Virus record (IMG/VR): IMGVR_UViG_3300037067_005627
Reading direction: 5' to 3' (one strand)
DNA: 64,000 bases
Source of the DNA: an uncultured virus (IMG/VR IMGVR_UViG_3300037067_005627)
Lineage: Duplodnaviria; Heunggongvirae; Uroviricota; Caudoviricetes
Below, one piece after another: positions 1-9,200 of this stretch. Both the position numbers and the translations under genes were made by a program. Positions within the stretch are counted from its first letter, which is position 1; each line of letters starts with the position of its first letter. Under the pieces are notes generated by a model, which did not search any database, was not told the origin of the DNA, and saw nothing but the letters and a program-made list of their open reading frames with translations.

Positions 1-2
1 GA

Positions 3-959
3 TTTTATTCAACTGGTTCTGTTGCGTTGAATCTCGCCCTATCTCAAAGGGGGCGAGATGGCGGATGGGCGAGAGGGCATATAGGGAATATAGTAGGGGA
101 TGGTTCTACAGGCAAGACCATCCTCTCTATAGAGACAGCAGCAGCTTTCTTTCATAAACTCAATCCAGACCCTATAAACTTTGCGCCTGTAAAATCTCTC
201 CAGATTGTTTATAATAATGTCGAAGGCGTGATGGATTTCCCTCTGGAAAGGATGTATGGAGAAGAATTTGTTGATGGCGTAGAATGGATAAGGACAGAGA
301 CAGTTGAAGCATTTGGAAGAGATGTGCATAGGCGTGTTCTTGAACTCAAAGAAGGGGAGGCTCTACTTTACATAGCAGATAGTATTGACGCTATGGTTTC
401 TGAAGTAGGGAAGAAAAGGGCTGAAGATGAAGCCCTTGGAAAGAAAGTTTCAGGTGGAACCTATGGGGTGGACAAGGCTAAATACTTTAGCTCTGAGTTC
501 TTTAACAACCTTTGCAATATGACAGCAGGAAAAGACGCTACAATATTGATGGTCTCTCAAGTGAGAGAGAATCTCAACGCTGGATTGTTTGGGAAGAAGT
601 TCTATCGGACAGGAGGAAAGGCTCTTAATTTTTATACCCACCAAGTTGTCTGGCTATATCAGATTGACAAGTTGGAACAGACATTCAGGAAAAGGAAGCG
701 GGTATATGGGGTGAAGATAAGGGCTAAAGTAGAACGCAATAAAGTTGCCCCACCCTATAGGGAAATGGACATGCCAATCATCTTTGATTACGGGGTTGAT
801 GATGTCGGTGCGATGGCGGATTATCTAGGGGCTCAGATTGATAGGGAAAACATTTCGCCTAACAGTCCCGAATATAATGGCCTTGCAAAGAAAATTGAAC
901 AAGAGTGGGCGGAAGAGGAAGCGGCTGTGAAAAGCGAAAGGAAGGGGAAATACGAATGA
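3..959 (+). CDS. recA: RecA/UvsX-like recombinase, 5' truncated by the window edge
   Basis: Frame is open from base 3 (FYSTGSVALNLAL, the RecA STGS motif); Walker A GDGSTGKT; DSI, SQVRE, GGKALNFY and RNKVAPPYR motifs. Confidence 0.9.
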   Translation, partial: FYSTGSVALNLALSQRGRDGGWARGHIGNIVGDGSTGKTILSIETAAAFFHKLNPDPINFAPVKSLQIVYNNVEGVMDFPLERMYGEEFVDGVEWIRTETVEAFGRDVHRRVLELKEGEALLYIADSIDAMVSEVGKKRAEDEALGKKVSGGTYGVDKAKYFSSEFFNNLCNMTAGKDATILMVSQVRENLNAGLFGKKFYRTGGKALNFYTHQVVWLYQIDKLEQTFRKRKRVYGVKIRAKVERNKVAPPYREMDMPIIFDYGVDDVGAMADYLGAQIDRENISPNSPEYNGLAKKIEQEWAEEEAAVKSERKGKYE

Positions 960-1213
960 AATATGAAAGTACGATCTTTAAAAAGATTTTAATTCAGCCT
1001 ATCTCAAAAAACCACCCTTATCCAAAAGAAGAATTTATAAAGGCGTTTGAATCGTTCTGCAAGAAATTATCAAAAGCAGTTCAGAAAGCTGGAGGGACGG
1101 GGGATGCAAGTCACATTGGCTCCCTTATGGCATCTCCCTTTGAATATACCTTCTATCATCTATTCCCCAATGGAATAGAGATCACCTTTAAAACAAAAAG
1201 GAAACACAAATAA
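956..1213 (+). CDS. Hypothetical protein
   Basis: ATGA overlap with the recA stop; purine-rich RBS. Confidence 0.65.
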   Translation: MKYESTIFKKILIQPISKNHPYPKEEFIKAFESFCKKLSKAVQKAGGTGDASHIGSLMASPFEYTFYHLFPNGIEITFKTKRKHK

Positions 1214-1533
1214 TGGCACGGATACAAGGACATCATATTGTTTACGAAGATAGCCCCACTTCCGGGGGTAAAGAATGGGTGTTGGAATTGAACATGCTTC
1301 AACACAGAACAATCAGTCGGGTACAAATTACCAAGGCTACCCCACAAGCTTTTGCTGATCTCACAAATTTCATGCACGCTGTTGCGTATGAGTGGAATAG
1401 GATGCGGCAAGAGCTTGATGTGGAGAAAGATTTACGGGTAGGGTTTATCAAGAAAGGCAAAGGAGGGAAAACTCATGTCAAAAAAGCTGTTCTTGGCAAT
1501 CGCGATTCTGTTCGCTTTAGCCGTAGGGTGTAG
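1213..1533 (+). CDS. Hypothetical protein with HNH-like N-terminus (GHHIVY...H)
   Basis: TAATG coupling; weak HH motif only. Confidence 0.55.
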   Translation: MARIQGHHIVYEDSPTSGGKEWVLELNMLQHRTISRVQITKATPQAFADLTNFMHAVAYEWNRMRQELDVEKDLRVGFIKKGKGGKTHVKKAVLGNRDSVRFSRRV

Positions 1534-1756
1534 TGACCCATACGAAAATCTCGACCTTAGCAAGAACCCCCCATTGACAGAACAGATGCGAGAGCAGATA
1601 AGAAGTCTTGCATTTGAGTGTGCTTACTTTGGGTATCAGCTCGGAAAGACAGGGGCGAAAGAAGAAGAAGTTCCAATACTCTTAGAAAGAGCTATGCAGG
1701 GGGAAGATGTTCTAGGGAAACTTAGTGGTGTTACGCCTAGAGGGGGAAAGCAATGA
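1475..1756 (+). CDS. Putative lipoprotein
   Basis: MSKK, hydrophobic core and lipobox LAVGC; GGAGG RBS. Confidence 0.7.
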   Translation: MSKKLFLAIAILFALAVGCSDPYENLDLSKNPPLTEQMREQIRSLAFECAYFGYQLGKTGAKEEEVPILLERAMQGEDVLGKLSGVTPRGGKQ

Positions 1757-2109
1757 GTAAGTTTATTGATGAAGTTAGAGCGAGGATTACTGGCAAGCGT
1801 GCTGTTGCGAATTATGAACCATTAAATGTCATTAGAAGTCGCGAATATGACTTCACCCGTTCCTATGATGTTTATAGAATAGGCGTCGAGTGGAAACGAG
1901 ACATCATATTAAATGATTCATTAATGAAGTCACTTGCCCCTCAAGGGGCGCTTCAGCTAGCTCTCAAAAATGTGGTTCGAGAGCTAAGATTGGCTATATA
2001 TGAAGACTTTGAACTCAAACTTCTTGGCTTACAGAGAGCTGTTATACAAGGAGATTCAAGCAAAGTTCTCGATTTGGTTTCCGAATTACTTGTGGAGGTA
2101 AGGGCATGA
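1753..2109 (+). CDS. Hypothetical protein
   Basis: ATGA overlaps at both ends. Confidence 0.7.
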   Translation: MSKFIDEVRARITGKRAVANYEPLNVIRSREYDFTRSYDVYRIGVEWKRDIILNDSLMKSLAPQGALQLALKNVVRELRLAIYEDFELKLLGLQRAVIQGDSSKVLDLVSELLVEVRA

Positions 2110-3038
2110 TTACTTCGATTAAGCTTACCAATTTTAAAGGGTATAAAGATACAACCGAAATCTTTTTCGACGAAGGAGTTAATTCTATCGTAGGTTCAAC
2201 AGACGCAGGAAAGTCAGCATTAATTTCAGCTATCTTTTGGGTGGTCTTCAACCGCCCTCTTGGTGATGAAATGATGCGAAATCCTGACGACACTACAACT
2301 GTTACGCTTCGAGTGAAAAACGGCAGCAAAGTGTATGATGTTAGCAGACGAAGGGGCAAAGGGAATAATATTTACAAAGTAAAACCACTAGGAGAGCCGT
2401 CAGTGTATTATTCAGGTTTTGGAAGTAGTGTGCCAGACGAAATTTCAGCCATCTTCAACCTTTCCGAGATAAACTTTCAAGGGCAACATGATGCGCCTTT
2501 CATGGTATCCTCTTCCCCAAGAGAAGCTGGAGCATTGCTCAACGAAGTTACCGATCTCAGTAGCATAGACAGGACTATCTCTAACATCAATCGAATAGCG
2601 CGAAACGAAAAAGAAGCGGTAGAAGATTTGAAAGTGAAGAGGGGAGAACTTCAAAAGCAAGTAGTTTCCTTTGATTGGATTGATGAATATGAAAAGGGGT
2701 TAGAAACTGTCCAGGAAATATATCAAAAGACGAATGAAACGGTATCAGAAATCGCAGTTCTCAAGGTTTACATAGACAACCTTGAAACCTTGAACTCAAC
2801 AAGAGAGGAAGTCTTAGCCAAAGTGGCATTGAAAGAAGATTTGGCATACCTTCTTTCTCTGGATGCAGAGATAGCGCAAGATCGTGATGAAATCTTTAGA
2901 CTCAAAAAATTCCTTAACTCCGTTTCGGACTTGAGAGAAAAACAATTCAAGGTCGCCAATGCACTTTGCCAACTCAAAAAAGACATGTTCGATTCTATTG
3001 GAGAAGTGTGCCCTCTATGTGGCCAGGAGATATTATAA
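2106..3038 (+). CDS. Rad50/SbcC-like ATPase, N-terminal half ending at the zinc hook
   Basis: IKLTNFKG, Walker A GSTDAGKS, Q-loop FQGQ, coiled coil, terminal CPLCG. Confidence 0.9.
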   Translation: MITSIKLTNFKGYKDTTEIFFDEGVNSIVGSTDAGKSALISAIFWVVFNRPLGDEMMRNPDDTTTVTLRVKNGSKVYDVSRRRGKGNNIYKVKPLGEPSVYYSGFGSSVPDEISAIFNLSEINFQGQHDAPFMVSSSPREAGALLNEVTDLSSIDRTISNINRIARNEKEAVEDLKVKRGELQKQVVSFDWIDEYEKGLETVQEIYQKTNETVSEIAVLKVYIDNLETLNSTREEVLAKVALKEDLAYLLSLDAEIAQDRDEIFRLKKFLNSVSDLREKQFKVANALCQLKKDMFDSIGEVCPLCGQEIL

Positions 3039-3988
3039 TGAACCCCACTGCGATATTGACGGCGGACTGGCACTTGACAACGAGAACCCCCCGTTGTCGA
3101 ACGGATAAAAGCTATCTCGGCACTCAACTTTCCAAAGTCGAGCATATTCTTGCCATCTCTCAATCCTTCGGGAACATTCCTATCTTGCATGCTGGGGATT
3201 TAGGGGATAAACCAGAGTGGCCAAATTGGTTGCTACGAGAATTTATAATGCTTAAGAAGGGACATGAAGCGACAAAGATAATAGTCGTAACAGGACAACA
3301 TGATCTCCCTCAACATAGGGCACTAGAGTGGGCAAAGACCGGGGTAGGCGTTCTCGATAGTGCAGGGGTTATCAAGGTAATATATCGGTCATCATCGAGT
3401 ATTTCTCTGAGCTATAGAAAAAACATGGGAGAATCTTGGGGGACAGCCCAAATTAATTTTGCCCCTTTTGGGACAAAGGTTCCTCCATTCAAGAAGGCGG
3501 ATGTGGATACTTACGTTTTAATTACACACAAATTAATCACCCCTAACAAAGATTCTATAATAGGCGGGGAATATTATCAAGACTTTATAGAGGCGCATCC
3601 AGAGTATGGCCTAATCCTGGTCGGCGATAATCACAAAACCTTTGTAAAAAAAGTACGCCATACTACCCTTGTGAGCCCTGGTTCCCTAATGCGAATGTCT
3701 GCTGATCAAATAGATCATCGCCCCTGCGTCTTCTTATGGTATGCTGAAACGAATAAAGTCGAGTCTTGCTATATCCCCATTATAGAAGGGCATGTTTCAA
3801 GAGATCACATAGATGAGGCTAACGCAAAGGAGCATCGAGTTAATGCCTTTGTAGAAAAGGTCAAAGGGGAAGGGAGGACAGCCCATTCTTTTGAGGCTAA
3901 TTTAGAGAGGAAGATGGAGGGCATCCCTGATCTAAAAGAAGGGACTCAAAAGAAAGTGTGGGAGGCATTCAATGGCGACAGCGAATGA
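3038..3988 (+). CDS. Mre11/SbcD-like metallophosphoesterase nuclease
   Basis: ADWH, AGDL, GQHD, TH, GDNH and PGS motifs; ATG at 3038 overlaps the upstream TAA. Confidence 0.9.
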   Translation: MNPTAILTADWHLTTRTPRCRTDKSYLGTQLSKVEHILAISQSFGNIPILHAGDLGDKPEWPNWLLREFIMLKKGHEATKIIVVTGQHDLPQHRALEWAKTGVGVLDSAGVIKVIYRSSSSISLSYRKNMGESWGTAQINFAPFGTKVPPFKKADVDTYVLITHKLITPNKDSIIGGEYYQDFIEAHPEYGLILVGDNHKTFVKKVRHTTLVSPGSLMRMSADQIDHRPCVFLWYAETNKVESCYIPIIEGHVSRDHIDEANAKEHRVNAFVEKVKGEGRTAHSFEANLERKMEGIPDLKEGTQKKVWEAFNGDSE

Positions 3989-4205
3989 GTTGTTAAAAGC
4001 AAAAAAGGAAATAGAAGAGGCTGAGAGACAACTATCATATGTTGAAGGCCAACTCATGTTAGTCCATAAACAACATGGGAGAATGACCCTGGAAGAAGCG
4101 CAACGAGAATTAAAAGTGAAAGAATCTTTGCTTAGCATTAGGGAAGCCGCCCTTAATAGAGAATGGAATAAGTTCGCAGAGAAGTTCTATGATAACCAAG
4201 ATTAA
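3972..4205 (+). CDS. Short coiled-coil protein, probable middle piece of the split Rad50
   Basis: E/K/L heptad-rich 77 aa between Mre11 and the Rad50 C-half. Confidence 0.6.
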   Translation: MATANELLKAKKEIEEAERQLSYVEGQLMLVHKQHGRMTLEEAQRELKVKESLLSIREAALNREWNKFAEKFYDNQD

Positions 4206-4809
4206 AGGAGCTCAAGAGAAACTTCAGAAAGCTAAATGGCACCTTTTCCACGCCAAGGGAGAACTGTCTCAGATCGAAAAGAAAATGAGGGCTACCAACA
4301 GGGAGATTCATTTCACAGAAGAGGCGCAAACCTTAATTAAAAAGGTGGCAATAGAAACTCAAGAACAACTGCGCTATCATCTTTCAGAATTAGTTTCTAC
4401 TGCGATGGCAACTATTCTCCCTGAAGATATTGCCTATACATTTCAGATTAAGTTCCTAGATAGGCGAGGGGCGGTAGAGTGTGAGTTCTCTTTAAAGAGG
4501 GGAGAGGCAGAGAGGGGGGTGTTTTCTGCCGGTGGTGGTGTGGTTGATATAGTAGCCACAGCACTAAGATTTTCAGTCTTGATGTTAAGCAAAAATCGGA
4601 GGGTCATTATCCTTGATGAGCCATTCCGAAACCTTAGTAGAAATTGGCATTCTCTCGCATCCGAATTTATAAAGGAGGTCTCTACAGAACTAGGCATTCA
4701 AGTTATATTAGTAACCCATAGCAACGAACTTATTGAAGCCAGCGAAAGTGTTATTGAAGTTTCATCTGACGGGACACAAAGCTGGATAGAGGATAGCAAT
4801 GCAAATTAA
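4189..4809 (+). CDS. Rad50/SbcC-like ATPase, C-terminal half
   Basis: Signature-like SAGGG, Walker B ILDEPF, H-loop LVTH. Confidence 0.9.
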   Translation: MITKIKGAQEKLQKAKWHLFHAKGELSQIEKKMRATNREIHFTEEAQTLIKKVAIETQEQLRYHLSELVSTAMATILPEDIAYTFQIKFLDRRGAVECEFSLKRGEAERGVFSAGGGVVDIVATALRFSVLMLSKNRRVIILDEPFRNLSRNWHSLASEFIKEVSTELGIQVILVTHSNELIEASESVIEVSSDGTQSWIEDSNAN

Positions 4810-5047
4810 TCAATTACGAAAGCCTGATTCTGTAACTAATGCGAAAGCTAAATTAGAAGAATTTCAACAGGCCATCCAACCGATTATCGAAGCTATGATT
4901 ACTATAGAAATATTTGGCCTCCGTAAGATAACACTATATGAAGACGGGCATATAGAAAAGGAATACACTACACAGGCGCAAGAGATGTTGCAGAAATGTA
5001 AGGATATTATAGACAGTTTTCGTGAAGCGTTCTTTAACGGGGAATAA
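4799..5047 (+). CDS. Hypothetical protein
   Basis: ORF with RBS, overlapping the upstream gene. Confidence 0.6.
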   Translation: MQINQLRKPDSVTNAKAKLEEFQQAIQPIIEAMITIEIFGLRKITLYEDGHIEKEYTTQAQEMLQKCKDIIDSFREAFFNGE

Positions 5048-5058
5048 CAACCAAACGT

Positions 5059-5184
5059 GGGGCAAGTGGCGGAACTGGTAGACGCAAGAGGTTTATAGGG
5101 GATGTCGTAGCTGACTGTAAACCTTTTCAGCAAACAAGAGCTACGTAATGCTGAGTCCCGGTTCGAGTCCGGGCTTGCCCCACA
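5059..5184 (+). ncRNA. tRNA-like RNA with Leu-type D-arm and canonical T-arm but no normal anticodon loop
   Basis: Acceptor GGGGCAAG/CTTGCCCC; D-arm TGGCGGAACTGGTAGACGCA; T-arm CCCGG-TTCGAGT-CCGGG; 12-bp and 6-bp arms, each with a 16-nt loop. Confidence 0.8.
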
Positions 5185-5196
5185 AAAGGAGACGTG

Positions 5197-5373
5197 ATGA
5201 AAAAAGGATTCATAGAATGTCTTACTGATTTTATGGGTGATTCTGAGGGGCAAACCAAGGAAGAGGTAGTAAACGAACTGGAAGAAATGGGGATTGATAC
5301 AGATAAACTCATGGAATTGGTTGACAAACTATTGGCTATAAAAAGGAGGCGTGATGCAAAACATACCGATTGA
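5197..5373 (+). CDS. Small acidic hypothetical protein (58 aa, not in the ORF track)
   Basis: AGGAG RBS; MKKGFIECLTDF...KRRRDAKHTD. Confidence 0.6.
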   Translation: MKKGFIECLTDFMGDSEGQTKEEVVNELEEMGIDTDKLMELVDKLLAIKRRRDAKHTD

Positions 5374-5608
5374 AGGGAAGTATTGTGGGAAGTGCCAGCT
5401 TGTATCTTCTAATTTAGGGTGCGTAATTTATCGTGATATACTAGGAAGGGCTTTAATGTTGACAATAGAGAAATATAATGTACTTCGTTGTCCTCAATGT
5501 ATCTCCGACAAGCCTCAAATTCTGACAGAGAAGGAGAGACAAGCCATTTACGATAAAGGCTATGAGAATGGGAAAGCCTATCAAGAAAATCGCAGCAGGG
5601 TGTTATAG
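5354..5608 (+). CDS. Cys-rich hypothetical protein
   Basis: CGKC...C...CPQC; GGAGG RBS. Confidence 0.6.
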   Translation: MQNIPIEGKYCGKCQLVSSNLGCVIYRDILGRALMLTIEKYNVLRCPQCISDKPQILTEKERQAIYDKGYENGKAYQENRSRVL

Positions 5609-5617
5609 GGGGTTAGT

Positions 5618-5950
5618 ATGAGCCAAAACCACGTTGACCAGCCACATGCCCAACTGCTGAAGGAAGGAGGGTGGAAGTGGAGAACATATTTCAGTTGGAT
5701 CATTAGACCAGGTAAAAAACCAGAATTATCTGTATCAGATCCAGCCATTAGGTACAAAGACGCTGAATATATCTCTGCCCCCAACCTCAGTGAGTTGTTG
5801 GACCAGATAGCTTTTACCGAACTTGAAACTTATTTTCATAAAGTAGCCACCTATACATGTGGTATGGATTGTTTCGACGAGTGGCTCTACAAAACCATGA
5901 AAAACCCTAACGCCCTAGCAGCGGTTTGGGTGTGGAAGGAGAAACCATGA
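5618..5950 (+). CDS. Hypothetical protein
   Basis: ORF in a coupled gene run. Confidence 0.6.
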   Translation: MSQNHVDQPHAQLLKEGGWKWRTYFSWIIRPGKKPELSVSDPAIRYKDAEYISAPNLSELLDQIAFTELETYFHKVATYTCGMDCFDEWLYKTMKNPNALAAVWVWKEKP

Positions 5951-6294
5951 AACGACTACTTTTAACCTGTGTTTTGGCCCTGTTCCTGTGCGGCAGTGCT
6001 GGGGCGGAAGAACCTCTTATTATTTCAGTTAAAGAAAACTCGTCTGGCGTTACCATTAATCCGGGGCCGTTCAATTATGAACCAAAAATAGAATGGACAG
6101 GGTATATCTTGCTCATTAGAAAAAGAGATGGGAAGGAATATGAGATTGGGTTTCGCTCTGATGGGGCAGTAGTTTGGAGGCCATACAATAATGAATCTGA
6201 ATGGATACGGATACCTCCAGGCGAATATTTAAGATATAAGGATGCGCCAGTCCCTAAAAACTATCATGACTGGCATTTGGAGGGCACAAAATAA
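5947..6294 (+). CDS. Putative exported protein
   Basis: ATGA coupling at 5947; signal peptide MKRLLLTCVLALFLCGSAGA-EE. Confidence 0.65.
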   Translation: MKRLLLTCVLALFLCGSAGAEEPLIISVKENSSGVTINPGPFNYEPKIEWTGYILLIRKRDGKEYEIGFRSDGAVVWRPYNNESEWIRIPPGEYLRYKDAPVPKNYHDWHLEGTK

Positions 6295-6297
6295 TTA

Positions 6298-9200
6298 CTA
6301 CTTTGCCACTTTCTCTGATGCCCTTTTATATGCAGCCTTTACTATTACGTTTTGTTTATCTGCCAAAGTATTAAGGCGATTAAGTTTTTCATCAGAGGTT
6401 AATGAAGGCGATGACCATATCAGTCTCATGTTAGCCCTAATCTTTCGAAGCTGTTCTTTAGTTGATGTCATTTGTTTGCCTGCTGCAATCAATGGTCTGT
6501 TGTCTTCAGCTAATTCAAGAGCAGCCTTAGGATCGCCAAGATTCCTGTAGTAGTGCATCGTCTTGGCGATCTTGTCGTATTCGTCAAAGATTTCATAGAA
6601 CTTCGTTTGCTGTTTTATATAGCGAGGATGTTCTGCTTCTTTTAAAAATGTTCCTATAAGCGGGTAGTCGTCAATCTTCATAGTCGGTCTAGCAGGAAAG
6701 TCAAAGAATGTACGAGTCAAGACATCTGTACCACCAATAATTGCTATCCCTATAGTTGAAAAGTACCCGTCAATCAGAGCTTTAATTCTATTCGGGCTCA
6801 TCCCTAATTGTTTGCCAATCCCCTGCAATGTCTCAGAAGTCCAGGGGTCATGTTGCTCACCAGGAATCAACCCTTCCAAATGCGCTCCAACTATTGGCCT
6901 TCCAGTAAAGAAGGTTTTATTCGCCCATTGCTCGTAAATAGGTTTGATAGTCTGTGGCAAATCCATAGCGAACACATCTCTAATGCCTTTCCACATTACA
7001 TTCCAAATATGTTTCCCTTCATCATTGCCACAAATAACATTCGCTATAGCTTCAGGGATACTGCTAAAGAACACCCCTATCTCAAAAGGCTTGGGCATCC
7101 TGACATGGGTATCCCCAATCCACCAGTGATAGTACGCCATCCTGTCCCACTCTTCTAGTTCTTTGTAGCGATCATCATCTTTGAAAGCCCCCCACAACAT
7201 AAGGGAAGCAAGAGTAAGGAGGGTTCCCCTAACGCCAAAGTTCACCATTGTCTCTGCTTGTGTGGCTGTATTGAACAATTTATAATTCCCCTGCGTCCTT
7301 GCATTAAGGAAGGGGATAATATGAATAAGAAGCTGTACTGCCTTTGAACTTCCATGCCTACTAAAATCAAGGTAGTCCCTAACTGCAAATGCCGCATCTA
7401 ATGTGCTCATTCCATTCTTGGTTTTATTAGCAAACCCTTGTACCCTTACTGCATTTTCAGAAGCTGTTCCAACCTTTTCCCACCAATCTAATGCTTTCCT
7501 GAATGTGCTAAGTACGATTGCCCCTTTCTCTTTACGGAGGATTTTTTCAATCCGTTTTGTTGCTATTTCCATGTCTTGAGAATGGATGTAACTCGTTCCG
7601 AAAGCGCCACCAGCAGCCTTTAACCTAACCATATTCGGATCATTATTCCACGCTTTTCTAAACCCTTTGAGTGCATCTCTTAACGCAAATAAGGGGAAAA
7701 GGGGTTCTAATAATGAGGATGGCGGACGTCCAAAATCTTTGTCAATTAACGAAGTATGAATAGCATCTCTTATCATATTGTTGACTTTAAACGCAGGCCC
7801 AAAAGTTGCGCTATAAGTCAACAACCTTTTTGGGGTAGAAAAGAACTTCGCTGCTACTCCATTAAGGGCATTAAACTCGACACCCCCAAGAGCTTCAAAT
7901 AAGGGTTCACTATCCACTTTGAAATAAATAGGCTTCCCATCCCTCTGAAATACAAGCACATTCTTTTGATCTCTCTTGGTAACATAGACCATCCTTGAGT
8001 TAGAACCTGTGCCTCGTTTGAATACGTGGAGGTCTTTAAACCCGACTTCCTCTACAAGCCCCATCCCCTTTGCTTTCGCCTCTTCAAAACAAGTTTCCCT
8101 TGCCACGTTCTCTATGCTCGCAGTAATCAGGTGGTTCCAGTTCTTAAGCATATTTTCAAGGGGATCGCCAACTTTCATCTCTGCTCCTTCAAGTCTTCTA
8201 ATCTGTGCCGAGATGAAACGCCTGCTCTTGTTAGGAGAAAGCATAAACTTATTCTTAGCTATAGCATTTTCCATAATTCTATAGAACGGGATATAGAAAT
8301 CTTGTTCCCATGACACCCTTGCATCATGGTTAATCAACCCTGCCTTTTCTGCTATGTCGAGGGTGTTCTTATTCCATTCGTCAAGTTCCTTAGCCTTCGC
8401 AACCCATTCAGATTTATCCTTATCCCCTGCCCACTTATAAATCTCGTTACGCACTGTCTCAGTGAGCCATCTCTCTTTAGGAACAACAACCATCTGTCCA
8501 GTATTAGGGTCGCGCTTTCTAATCGTCTGAGTTTCTAACGCCTCCGCCCGTCTAGCCATAGTCCAATACAGGAACTTGTTTGCGTCTTTCCCCATTGCTT
8601 CTAACCAGGGGATAAATCCCTGCCCTCTAGTGTCACAAGTAAGGACTTTGCCATCCCACTTTAATTTGCCATCTGTCAACAACGTATCAAAAACAACGGG
8701 GGCGCCATTCTGAAGGGACAGGACTTTATAAGATTCCAGCCCTATCATCTGTTTAACAGGGTCAAGTCTGTCAAACACTTTCCTCCTGATGTATGCCCGG
8801 AACTCTTTCGACTTAACGCTATCCCATGCTTTGGAAACAGCCTCTCCCATAGTTGTCTGGTGTTTGCCGATATATGTGGAGATGGTATCAGGAACCTTGC
8901 CAAAAGCAAATCTAGCAAACCCTTGAAAGATAGCTGTCTCCCTCATTTTGTTATTAATAGTAATCGAGAACTTTCTTTTTACCTCATCTTCAAGTGTTTT
9001 GACATATCTGCGAGCTTCTTCTAAAGCGTCCTCTTTTGTCTCGTTACCACGCATTGAATTTCGCCCCCAACGAAATACATCGTCAACTTTTCCGTCAACT
9101 ATCACTTCTATGCTGTTATCAGTCTCTTGGAATTCTATCTTTGGCTTTGAACTTTCTCTTTCTACTGTCGCCCCAAACTGTTTTGCAAACTTCTCAAGAG

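Noticed and set aside
2966..3037. ORF-track N-terminal extensions (also at 16441, 27991, 25546, 53684, 56765 and 60445)
   Set aside because: Downstream ATGs have better RBS or stop-start coupling, so the starts were trimmed
5059..5184. Ordinary tRNA-Leu, or a tRNA with a group I intron
   Set aside because: There is no 7-nt anticodon loop, and the insert is far too short for a self-splicing intron
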